Positions 10,340 through 19,599 of a stretch of 64,000 bases of DNA are shown here, in pieces. The translations under genes were made by a program, and so were the position numbers. The notes under the pieces are model-generated. The model did not search any database and was not told the origin of the DNA. It saw nothing but the letters and a program-made list of their open reading frames with translations. The stretch comes from Gemmatimonadaceae bacterium (GTDB lineage: Bacteria; Gemmatimonadota; Gemmatimonadetes; Gemmatimonadales; Gemmatimonadaceae). Numbering within the stretch: position 1 is the first letter of the stretch; each line of letters opens with the position of its first letter. The stretch covers positions 12,915 to 76,914 of the forward strand of contig JBGAJQ010000018.1 of NCBI GenBank assembly GCA_044224875.1, read 5' to 3'.

Positions 10340-12085
10340 CTAACGGCCCTTCGCGGGCGGCGTGGTTGGCGGTTTCGCCTTCGGCGGCCGGAATGGCGCG
10401 CCAAACACGCGAGCGTAGTAGCGGATGGCGAATGACGTCGTGGTGGCCTTCACCAATGCGTTCGTGCCGGCAATTGTCTGTTGCCGCATCACGGTCACTT
10501 CCAGGGGCCAGCGAGCCTGTCCGCGCTGCCAGGAAGCGAGTGTCGAGTACGTGATGCCCCCGCCGACGCGCTGTTCTTGTTGCGACGTGTTGGTGTTGAG
10601 CACGCTCGCATCGAGGCTTTGGGTGGCGCCGGCCAGGTCCGTCACAGAGAACGTTCCCGAGTAAGCGTCCGCCGACTTGGTCGCGAAGCGATACCAACCG
10701 GCGAACGTGAGCACCTCGTTCGGTGAGAAGCGCGGAAAGACGTCGATGGAGAGGACATCGCCAAGGTCTCGTTGCACGTCCTGTTGGCGGTAGAGTGCAG
10801 GGAACGGCGTGCCCGGCGCCGCGACGCGGATGGGAAGCCGGTCCGCCTGCTGCACTGCGTACCGTGCGACCACAGAGGCCCACAGGCGCTTACTGACCAT
10901 CGCGTCGACGTACGCGGCGCCCTCGATGTCCGGACTGCGATCCCCGGTGCCTACATCCGCGAAGTTGTCGGGTGCCTCCTGTTGCGCCGCGGGGAGGCGA
11001 TACGCGCCGGACACCGCGAGTCGCAGGCCGGGGCGATCGTCCGATGGAGCAACCGCCCGAACCGGCCGAGTGGTATCCAGCAACAGAAACTTGGCACCGA
11101 CCGTGATGTCACCGAGGTGACTCCGCCTAACGCTTTCCATCGGGACCGCGGCAATACCGAGCGCGGAATCGCCAAGGACGGCCTGCAGGGAGTTGTAGGC
11201 CAGGAGGGCGGCGCCCACAGGCCGGGCGTCCACCCACGTGGTTAGCCCGGTTGGCGCACCAAGATACGTGGCAAAATCGCTGGCGATGCCGCTGAGGAGC
11301 TGAAACACGGAGGCCTGAATCGCCGAATTGCCTAACGGCGCGAACGCGTTGCCGTGTATCGTGGATGTACCGTAGATCTTGCCAACGGAGGTGGCCACAC
11401 GCCCCGCCAGCGACACCAGGGCGGCGGCTCCCGCGCGATTGGCGTTGATGGCTGAACACGAGGCGTCGTTCGAGGTCGCACAACGCGTCAGTTCGGACGA
11501 CAGCTGGGTCGCGGCGGTCGTCAGCTGAGACACCACCTGCGCGTTGACCGCCATGGTCGCAGGCGTCACGGCGCCGGGATTCAAGCCCACATTGGCCGTG
11601 GCAATCGGCACGTTGGGATACAGCGTGAGGTCGTTCAGCGTCTTGACGTAAGGCACCAGCACGGAGAGCATCAGCCGGTTTGTGAGCCCGACGTCGATGG
11701 AAAACGGCGTGCTATAGATGCCGAGATCCATCGTGGTGCGCAGGGTCCCGGCGCTCAAGGCATCGACGGAGGTACCGAGCAGCCCCTGGAGTTCGGCGCG
11801 TAGGGGAGTCAGGTGCTCGAACATCGCGGCGCCCATGGTTCCCGAGAAGTCCGCACCTAACGGTTCCGGTTGCCCCGCGGTGGGGGAGCCGTCGCGTCCA
11901 AAACGCTCGTTGGCGAACGACCAATCGGAACGGACCCCAACGCGCAGCTGACCGGCCCGCAGGACGGTGGCGTCTTCGCCGGGACCACGAGCGCGCTGCG
12001 CGCTGGTGGAGATCCACGGCACAAAGGTCCAGAGCGCAGCCAGCATCCACGAGCGCTGCGCGCGTTTCAGAATCGTTCGTTGCAC
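10340..12085 (-). CDS. Hypothetical secreted/outer-membrane beta-barrel-like protein (start uncertain)
   Basis: Signal-peptide-like N-terminus (WMLAALWTFVPWISTSAQ), amphipathic beta strands with aromatic residues, helical insert containing a Cys pair. Confidence 0.55.
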   Translation of the reverse strand: MQRTILKRAQRSWMLAALWTFVPWISTSAQRARGPGEDATVLRAGQLRVGVRSDWSFANERFGRDGSPTAGQPEPLGADFSGTMGAAMFEHLTPLRAELQGLLGTSVDALSAGTLRTTMDLGIYSTPFSIDVGLTNRLMLSVLVPYVKTLNDLTLYPNVPIATANVGLNPGAVTPATMAVNAQVVSQLTTAATQLSSELTRCATSNDASCSAINANRAGAAALVSLAGRVATSVGKIYGTSTIHGNAFAPLGNSAIQASVFQLLSGIASDFATYLGAPTGLTTWVDARPVGAALLAYNSLQAVLGDSALGIAAVPMESVRRSHLGDITVGAKFLLLDTTRPVRAVAPSDDRPGLRLAVSGAYRLPAAQQEAPDNFADVGTGDRSPDIEGAAYVDAMVSKRLWASVVARYAVQQADRLPIRVAAPGTPFPALYRQQDVQRDLGDVLSIDVFPRFSPNEVLTFAGWYRFATKSADAYSGTFSVTDLAGATQSLDASVLNTNTSQQEQRVGGGITYSTLASWQRGQARWPLEVTVMRQQTIAGTNALVKATTTSFAIRYYARVFGAPFRPPKAKPPTTPPAKGR

Positions 12086-12174
12086 GGTAAGTTGCAGGAG
12101 ACCGTCACCGAGGGGCCCGCGGCGGTCAAAGGGATGAGCCTTCCCTCGGGTATCCGACGCACGAAACCTAACAC

Positions 12175-13962
12175 ATGGTAGTATCAACGCCGATTCCGCA
12201 GGTTCCGTGGCAAATCACGGGCAACCATTGGCTGGCCGTCCCGTGCATCCACCCCGGCGATGGCGGCGTGTATGCGCTCGGGGTGCTGCACCGCGGTTCG
12301 CGCGCGGCCGTCGAGTTTGCCGGAGGCCCCGACTTTCTTGCGGGAAGGGGACCCGCGCTCGCGCGTCCGGTCTTCGAGATCGATGGCAACCGCGTTGCAC
12401 TGGATAGCACGTCCCTGGCGTGGGAACGCGCCTTTGGTTGGCTTCCGACGTTTACGTGTACGATCGCCGGCATCTTGGTGCGTGCCACGGTATTCGCCCC
12501 GTACGGCCGAGATGCGGACACCGCCGGCGCCGTCTACGCGTTTGCGTTCGAAAGTCGTCGCGAGGACGAGTGCCGTCTCTCGATCCACCTGGAGGGCGAA
12601 CTCGGGCATCGTCAGCTGCGCGTGCGAACCGCACGCCCCTTCGCCGATGCGCACTTGGTGTCACGGGCGGACGACGACACCGTGGTCCTGAGGGGGGCGG
12701 CACTCCCCGGCGTGGCCGCCGTGGCGATCGGGGCCGATGGCGACTCGACGGTCGAGATTCCTAACGACGGCGACGCACGCTATTCGGTCCGTCGTAGCGT
12801 GCGGGTCCCGCCGCAGGGGCACGCCGATGCTGCGTTCTTCTTCGCCGTTGGGCCAGAAGGCGATGGTGCCGTTTCCACGGTCGGGGTGATGCGACGCCGC
12901 GGCTGGCGGTCCCTGCTGAGCGCCACTCGTGATGCGCTTCGCTCGCTGGAGCAGAGCACGGGACACGAGACCGTGGACGGCCTCGTCAACCGCAACCTGC
13001 TCCTCTGCTACTTCTACTCGGTGGCACGCGGGCTGGACGACGCGCACTTCTACCTGGTGCGGACGCGCGCCCCGTGGCACAGCCGCGGTGTGACCGTGCG
13101 CGAATGGGAGGCGCTCACCTGGACCATTCCGGCGGTGCAGCTGGCGGATCCGCCATTGGCCAGGGAATTGCTGCTGCGTGCCTGCGAGGTCCATGGCTAC
13201 GCCCCGGGCATCGGCGTCCGGTACCTGGACGGCACCCTGTTCGAGCCAGGCTTTTGCCTCGAAGGCGCGGCGAGCTATGCGCTGGCGGCCGATCGCTACA
13301 TCCGCGATACCGGCGATGAGCAGGTCGTCGAGGAACCGGTACTCGCCGATACCCTGTACGCATCACACGAGGACATCGCGGCGCGCCGCCACGGCGAGAT
13401 TCCACTGTACAGTACGGAGGTGACTCCGAGCGGTCGTGCCGCTGCGTTTCCCTACACGCTGCACGCGAATGCCGTCGCCGCCCAGGCGCTGGACGTGTTC
13501 AGGCGAACGCTCGACGAGGAGACGGCCCGTGGTGTGCAAGATCCCGAGGCGGTGCGGGCGGCATTGCGGCGACACTTCGCCACGGAGCGCGAAGGGAAGG
13601 CCATGTTCCGGTCGGCGGTGAACCTGACGGGAGAAGCCGTGGCCGATGACGACCCCATGGTCTCCGTGCTGTGGTTGCCTCACTATGACCTGCTGGATCG
13701 GTCGGACTCGGCGTATCGGCGCACCGTGAAGGCGCTGGACGTGTCGCCCCAGTTCCTCGTCCAGCAGTGCGCCCGTTTGATGGGGCCGGATGCGAAAGAG
13801 GTGCTGCAGTGGCTCCGGCGCGCGCCCTTGCATCTTGGACTCGCCGCCGAAGAAGTGGACGCGGAGGGGCGGGCCACGGGAAACGGCGGAGATGCGGCGC
13901 TGGGCGGATTGCTCGCGTATACGTGCTGGTACTCGGTGCATGCGTTAGGCGTGACGCCATGA
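12175..13962 (+). CDS. Putative (alpha/alpha)6-barrel glycoside hydrolase-like protein (GH125/GH15-like)
   Basis: N-terminal beta-rich domain, then helical domain with WTIPAVQLADPPLARELL...RYLDGTLFEPGF...RYIRDTGD; coupled to galK. Confidence 0.5.
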   Translation: MVVSTPIPQVPWQITGNHWLAVPCIHPGDGGVYALGVLHRGSRAAVEFAGGPDFLAGRGPALARPVFEIDGNRVALDSTSLAWERAFGWLPTFTCTIAGILVRATVFAPYGRDADTAGAVYAFAFESRREDECRLSIHLEGELGHRQLRVRTARPFADAHLVSRADDDTVVLRGAALPGVAAVAIGADGDSTVEIPNDGDARYSVRRSVRVPPQGHADAAFFFAVGPEGDGAVSTVGVMRRRGWRSLLSATRDALRSLEQSTGHETVDGLVNRNLLLCYFYSVARGLDDAHFYLVRTRAPWHSRGVTVREWEALTWTIPAVQLADPPLARELLLRACEVHGYAPGIGVRYLDGTLFEPGFCLEGAASYALAADRYIRDTGDEQVVEEPVLADTLYASHEDIAARRHGEIPLYSTEVTPSGRAAAFPYTLHANAVAAQALDVFRRTLDEETARGVQDPEAVRAALRRHFATEREGKAMFRSAVNLTGEAVADDDPMVSVLWLPHYDLLDRSDSAYRRTVKALDVSPQFLVQQCARLMGPDAKEVLQWLRRAPLHLGLAAEEVDAEGRATGNGGDAALGGLLAYTCWYSVHALGVTP

Positions 13963-15095
13963 CGGTGGACCGTGCCCACGATCTCTTCCGTCGTACCTAT
14001 GGCATCGAGCCGACTGTGATCGCCTCCGCGCCGGGTCGCGTGAACGTGATCGGGGAGCACACGGACTACAATGGGGGCGACGTCCTCCCGATCGCCCTTC
14101 AGTTGCGGACGACGGTCGCCCTTCGCCCATGCGCCGGGCGCGAGTCGCGTGCTGTCTCCGAGCAGACGTCGGGCGTCGGGTGTTTTCAGGCCGGCGCATC
14201 CGATCGTTCGGGAGGATGGTGGGACTACCTCGCTGGCACGGTTTGGGCGGTGCACGACGAGCGCGATGCACAGTGCGTGCAGCTGGCGGTGGCCAGCGAT
14301 GTTCCGGTTGGCGCGGGTTTGAGTTCGTCGGCCGCCGTCGAGGTCGCGACGGCCACCGCGTTGCAGGCCCTCCATGGTGCGACGGAGCCGGACCTCTTGC
14401 AGGCGGCCCGCGCGGCGCATAAGGCGGAAACACAGTTCGTGGGCGTTCCGTGTGGCATCATGGACCAGTTCGCAAGCGCCCTTTGCCGACAAGGTCAGGC
14501 GTTATGGCTCGCTTGCGATCGCGAGGAGGCGCAACTGGTTCCATTTGCGCCGCTCGTCCTGGTCTTCGACACCGTCGTCCCGCGTGAACTTCGCAAGTCC
14601 GCCTACAGCACACGGCGCGCCGAATGCGAAGAGGCGCTGGCGGCCATTCGGCGCTCGGCGCCGCACGTGACGGCGTTGGCTCGTGCGAGTGCGGAGGCGG
14701 TGGAACTCGCCGAGATGTCGCCGACTGTCAGACGGCGCGCGCGCCACGTGGTGAGCGAGACCCTGCGCGTGGGACGCTTAGTCCAGTTGCTCCAGGAGCG
14801 AAACGCCAGCACGGCGATTGGCGCGCTCTTGCTGGCGTCGCACGCGTCCCTTCGCGACGACTATGAGTGCTCGACGCCGGAGCTCGACTGGTTTGTCGAG
14901 CAGGCGCAAGTGGCTCCGGGCGTCCACGGTGCGCGCCTAACGGGAGCTGGTTGGGGAGGCTGCGCCATCGCGGTGGGTTCCGCGGACGGGCTGCGGGCGT
15001 TCGCCGAGCGCGCCAGCGCGGAATTCGTGGCACGCTTTGGACGGACTCCACGCTGGTGGATGTCGTCGGCGGCAGACGGCGCGCGGCTTCACTGA
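13959..15095 (+). CDS. galK: Galactokinase
   Basis: APGRVNVIGEHTDYNGG, PVGAGLSSSAA, CGIMDQ, GARLTGAGWGG. Confidence 0.93.
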   Translation: MTVDRAHDLFRRTYGIEPTVIASAPGRVNVIGEHTDYNGGDVLPIALQLRTTVALRPCAGRESRAVSEQTSGVGCFQAGASDRSGGWWDYLAGTVWAVHDERDAQCVQLAVASDVPVGAGLSSSAAVEVATATALQALHGATEPDLLQAARAAHKAETQFVGVPCGIMDQFASALCRQGQALWLACDREEAQLVPFAPLVLVFDTVVPRELRKSAYSTRRAECEEALAAIRRSAPHVTALARASAEAVELAEMSPTVRRRARHVVSETLRVGRLVQLLQERNASTAIGALLLASHASLRDDYECSTPELDWFVEQAQVAPGVHGARLTGAGWGGCAIAVGSADGLRAFAERASAEFVARFGRTPRWWMSSAADGARLH

Positions 15096-15151
15096 GTGCG
15101 TCGCTCCCGCGCGAATTGCGTTGGGCATCGACCGACATGGACGGCGTCTGC

Positions 15152-15181
15152 TTGTCGGCACGGCCGTGGCGGCACTATCTT
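15152..15181 (+). promoter_or_regulatory. Possible sigma70 promoter for tRNA-Gly
   Basis: TTGTCG, 18-bp spacer, TATCTT just upstream of the tRNA. Confidence 0.4.
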
Positions 15182-15190
15182 CTTTGTCAC

Positions 15191-15263
15191 GCGGGAATAG
15201 CTCAGTTGGTAGAGCACAACCTTGCCAAGGTTGGGGTCGCGGGTTCGAGTCCCGTTTCCCGCT
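15191..15263 (+). tRNA. tRNA-Gly(GCC)
   Basis: GCGGGAATAGCTCAGTTGGTAGAGC...CTTGCCAAG...GGTTCGAGTCCCGTTTCCCGCT cloverleaf; CCA not encoded. Confidence 0.97.
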
Positions 15264-15271
15264 CTAAATCG

Positions 15272-15303
15272 AAAGAGGGAGCGCCACTTGGCGCTCCCTC
15301 TTT
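15272..15303. terminator. Bidirectional intrinsic terminator-like hairpin
   Basis: AAAGAGGGAGCGCC-actt-GGCGCTCCCTCTTT between tRNA-Gly and a convergent CDS. Confidence 0.8.
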
Positions 15304-15333
15304 GTCTTCAGAGCCTTTCGCGAACCGCTGCAA

Positions 15334-15945
15334 CTACCGAACGAGCGGAAGGACAGGGGTTGCGGTTTCTGGCAGTGCCGTGACCGGGCCCGGATCAACC
15401 GAGATCGGCTGCGACACGGGTTGAATGATCACTGGGCTCGGGTCCGCAGCGATCGGTTGGGGAACAGGCATGATCGTGACCGGTTCCTGATGCATGGGTT
15501 CCTTACCGCCATGTTCGCCGTGTCCATGGAACTCGGCGCGCAGCTTTGCCAGCGCGGTCTTCGCCGCGTCAGCATCGCCCGCCTGGACGGCTTGTGCCAA
15601 CGCGCGCAGGTCACCGCTCACCTTCTTGAACGGCTGCGCGATCTGGCTGCGCGAATACGTCGTCGCGCGCTCCGTGGTCATCGAGGCCAGCGCGGACTGC
15701 GCGGCAGTCATGTCGCCAGCATCAACGGCCTGGACCAACTGCTTGAACTCACTGCGAAAGCCCGTCTTCTCCGAGCCCTTGGATTCCGCGTTCTTCACGT
15801 TCTTCATGATCTTCGCGAAGGACTCGCGTGCTCCCTGGACGTCGCCATTGGCGAGCGCCTCGCGCAGCTTCTTCACGTTGGGCCGGCGCACCTGCGAAGG
15901 TGCGGATTCGGATCCCGCCCCTGATCCAATTCCCGACACTGCCAT
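15334..15945 (-). CDS. Hypothetical protein with three helical A(L/V)xxGDxxxA repeats and a Pro-rich tail
   Basis: Strong RBS (AGGAGG) before ATG; repeats ALANGDVQGARES, AVDAGDMTAAQSA, AVQAGDADAAKTA. Confidence 0.75.
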   Translation of the reverse strand: MAVSGIGSGAGSESAPSQVRRPNVKKLREALANGDVQGARESFAKIMKNVKNAESKGSEKTGFRSEFKQLVQAVDAGDMTAAQSALASMTTERATTYSRSQIAQPFKKVSGDLRALAQAVQAGDADAAKTALAKLRAEFHGHGEHGGKEPMHQEPVTIMPVPQPIAADPSPVIIQPVSQPISVDPGPVTALPETATPVLPLVR

Positions 15946-16231
15946 CGTATCCTCCTGTTAGCCTCGTCACCTTCGTGGGCTCCAACCGGAGTCGCCACAC
16001 GTGTCCCCACTTGTCACTCCCTGAGTATCGGCCCGACGATGGAAAACAGCAGCCGTAGAGGACCTGCGTTCCGGATACCCGCCAGGTGGTGACCTCTGGC
16101 AGACGCGCATCGCGCTCTGAACGCATGATTGGCCGAGAGCCTAACGTACGCTCTGTGACGGAGTTAGATTGGTCGACGGCTGGTCCCCTCCGGGGAATAG
16201 TTTACCGGTTGTAGTTTTGAGCGGATCGTCG

Positions 16232-16314
16232 GCGCGGGTGGCGAAATGGTAGACGCGAGGGACTTAAAATCCCTTTCCCGTAAGGGAGTGCGGGTTCGAG
16301 TCCCGCCCCGTGCA
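16232..16314 (+). tRNA. tRNA-Leu(TAA)
   Basis: GCGCGGG/CCCGTGC acceptor stem, AGGGA-CTTAAAA-TCCCT anticodon arm, long variable arm, GGTTCGAGTCC T-loop. Confidence 0.95.
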
Positions 16315-16370
16315 CTCCGACGCATCACGGTGCCCACCACAGACACCCCCACATCAGCAGGCCACCTCTC

Positions 16371-17990
16371 ATGACATGGTCGATCCGCCTCGCGGTCCGA
16401 TGCGCTGCCTTGGGCTTACTCGCGGGCTGCACGCGTCGAGTCTCCGTGGGGGGACCGGTGCCGCGTACCGATGGTCTGTTGCAGGCCGTTGTGCCTGCAC
16501 CGGAGTCGGTGCAGCTGTCGAACGAGCAGTGGTTCAGCATGGACTCTGCGACGGCGGTCGTCATCGACGCATCCGCCGATGCCGACGTGCAGCGAGTTGC
16601 CAACGAATTCGCATCGCTGGTTCGTGTGCACCCGATTTTCTCGCCGCTGGGAACGCCGGCCGTGAGCGGGCGGCGTGAGGTCGTGGCACAGCGTCTACCT
16701 GCAGGAGGAACCAATCCCGCACATGGGGTTCACATCCGCCTGGACGCGAGTCGGGCGGCCCTCGGTCCCGAAGGATATGAGCTGACGGTCAGCACGGACC
16801 GGGTATCGGTGGTGGCGCCGACGGCAGCCGGCCTGTTCTACGGCGTGCAGACGCTGCGCCAGCTCATGCCATCGTCAGTCGAGCATCGGGATGCAACATC
16901 GCGTGCGTGGCGCGTGCCGGTCGGTCGTATTTCGGACCGACCGCGATTCGGCTGGCGGGGCGCCATGTTGGACGTCACCCGTCATTTCCTCGCTCCCGAC
17001 GACGTCAAGCGGTTCATCGACGTCATGTCCCTCTACAAGCTCAATCGGTTGCACCTGCACCTGTCCGATGACCAGGGTTGGCGCATCGAAGTCAAGTCGC
17101 GTCCGCGCCTCACGTCCTTTGGCGGCCTAAGCGAGGTTGGCGGCGGTGAAGGGGGCTTCTACTCGCAGGAGCAGTTTGTCGACCTGGTCGCCTACGCGCG
17201 CCGGCACTTCATCGAGATCATTCCAGAGATCGAGATGCCGGCGCACAGCAACGCCGCGCTGTCGAGCTACGCGGAACTCAACTGCGACAACGTCGCCCCG
17301 CCAGCCTACACGGGCATCAACGTCAGTTTCAGCGCCATGTGCGTGCAGCGCGAGGAGGTCTACCGTTTCGTTGACGACGTTGTCCGCGAGGTCGGGGCAC
17401 TGGTGCCGTCCCCCTGGTTCCATATCGGCGGCGATGAAGTGCCGCGCTTGACGCACGACGAGTTCGCTCGATTCATCGAGCGCGTCGAACAGATCGTGAA
17501 GTCTCACGGGAAGCAGATGATCGGGTGGGGAGAGATCGCGACGACCAACGTGACGCCGGCGGCTATCGTCCAGCACTGGAATCCCGATTCCGTGGCGCGT
17601 CACGTGGCGCGCGGCGGCCGCGTCATCCTCTCGCCCAGCAGCCGAACGTACCTCGATATGAAGTACGACAGCTCAACCGTGCTCGGGCTGACGTGGGCTG
17701 GCCTGATCAGCGTGCGGCACGCGTACGAGTGGGATCCCGCCACCGTGGTACCCGGCGTGACCGAGCCGGGCATCCTCGGGGTCGAAGGTCCGCTCTGGGC
17801 AGAGACGCTCGAGAAGCGCTCCGACTGAATACCTCGCTTTTCCGAGGTTGCGCTGGCGCTCGCCGAGGTCGCGTGGTCGCCCGCGACCGCTCGCCATTGG
17901 CAGGACTTCAGGCTTCGCCTGGGAGCCCAGGGCGCACGTCTCCAGGCACTCGGCGTGAACTTCTATAGAGATCCCGAGGTCCCCCGGGGC
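16371..17990 (+). CDS. Beta-N-acetylhexosaminidase (GH20), probable lipoprotein; frameshifted near 17825-17855, 3' end approximate
   Basis: Lipobox-like LLAGC; RGAMLDVTRHF, HLSDDQGWR, HIGGDE; EYLAFPRL..ALAEVAWS and GVNFYR continue in other frames. Confidence 0.88.
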
Positions 17991-18003
17991 GCGTTGGGCT
18001 CCA

Positions 18004-18038
18004 GACGTCGCCGCATTTCCTCGGAACGCGGCGACGTC
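18004..18038. terminator. Inverted repeat between convergent genes
   Basis: GACGTCGCCGC (18004-18014) pairs with GCGGCGACGTC (18028-18038). Confidence 0.6.
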
Positions 18039-19400
18039 AGCGAGTGGCGCCAGCACGTCTCGCATAGCGGCCATCAGGTCATTCACATCGCCTGACGTAG
18101 TCGCCGTGGAAACGGCGAACATTGCTCGAGAAGCACAAGCGAAGCCGCGGTTCAACAGGCCCAAGTGCAGCAAGCGGGTCGCCGAGCGGTCGCACTGCAT
18201 GGCGTCGCGATAGTTCGCAATCGGGCCCTCGCAGAAGTGCAGGTGGGCGAGGGAGCCCACACCGGTCACGGTCGCCGTGATTCCGACCTGATCGATCGCA
18301 TCCTGCATCCCCGTTCGCAGAGCGGATCCCATCGCATCCAAGTCGCGCATCGTTTGTGGAGTCAACAGCTTCATCGCTGCGAGTCCGGCGGCCATGGTCA
18401 ACGCGTTGCCGTTGAAGGTGCCGGAATGCGCAATGCTACCCTTTGACCGAGGATCGTAGACCGCCATGACGTCGGCGCGTCCGCCGAATGCGCCCACTGG
18501 TAATCCGCCCCCAATAATCTTGCCGAGCGTCGTCAGGTCAGGATGGATGCCGAAGAGCCCCTGGCCGCCGCCGTACCCGAGCCGAAGGGTGATGATCTCA
18601 TCGAGGATCACCAGTACACCGGCCGCGTGTGCGGCGCGAACCAGCCCTTCGAGGAAGCCGGCGGTGGGCGGAATAACCCCCGCCGCGGTCATCGCCGGCT
18701 CCAACAGCACCGCGGCCAGCTCGTGAGCATGCGACTCGATCAGCCGAGTGACTGTGTCCAGGTCGTTGAAGGGCGCGACAAGCACCTCGGCGAGCATGCC
18801 GGGTGAAATACCCGGACCGCTGGGCACGCCGCGCGGAAAGTCCAACAGGGGTTCACTGGGCGCCACGCTCACCTGCGCGGCGTCGTAGCTTCCGTGGTAG
18901 CCACCCTCGAACTTGAGGATTCGTGAACGGCCAGTAAAGGCGCGTGCCGCGCGGATCGCGCCAAGGACGGCTTCTGTGCCGGAGTTGCAGAAGCGGAGCC
19001 GTTCAATCGAAGGGACGCGGCTCCGGATGACATCCGCCAGCTCCACCTGTAGTTCGTGGGCAAAGGGAAATGCCGTGCCTAACGCTGCACGCTCGACAAT
19101 TGCCTGGGTAATGGCCGGATGTGCGTGGCCGTGAATAAGGGCGGTAAAGTTGCCGAGGAAATCCCGGTACTCGTTGCCGTCCGCGTCCCACATGTACGCT
19201 CCGCGGCCATGTGACATGCTGGTCGGGTACGGCAGGACGTAGGTGCCAGTTCGCGTATCCCCACCTGGCATCGCGCCAAGGGCACGCGTGTAGAGCTTTG
19301 CCGACGCAGGCGTGCGCGCGAGATAGCGCCGCTCTTCCGAGGCGAGGAGCACACCCAGCGGAGTTTCGACACCTGTGTTGCGGATGCCTGGCGTCGTCAT
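18037..19400 (-). CDS. Class III PLP aminotransferase (GSA aminomutase/HemL-like); the stop near 18037 is probably lost to an indel, so the ORF reads on to 17673
   Basis: RFCNSGTEA, FEGGYHG, ILDEII, DLTTLGKIIGGGLPVGA, HSGTFNGN. Confidence 0.85.
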
Positions 19401-19599
19401 GGCGTTTCTCACCGAATTCTGAGGGCCGACTGTGCGGAACGGCGACGTCCCGCGACGAACTCCCCAACGGTGCGCGCCCGGTACGGATTCGACAAGGGAG
19501 GGTCTGACGTTGTGGTTAGGCGTCGGTGAACGACGACCTCCCTGCGATTCGCCAGAATGCCTGCTGGACCGCCGCAATTTCCGCAGATACGTTCGCTTG

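Noticed and set aside
15155..15171. Sigma54-like GG-N10-GC spacing upstream of tRNA-Gly
   Set aside because: Three mismatches to consensus in GC-rich DNA, and a sigma70-like promoter overlaps it.
15261..16317. tRNAs lacking encoded CCA
   Set aside because: Common in bacteria that have a CCA-adding enzyme.
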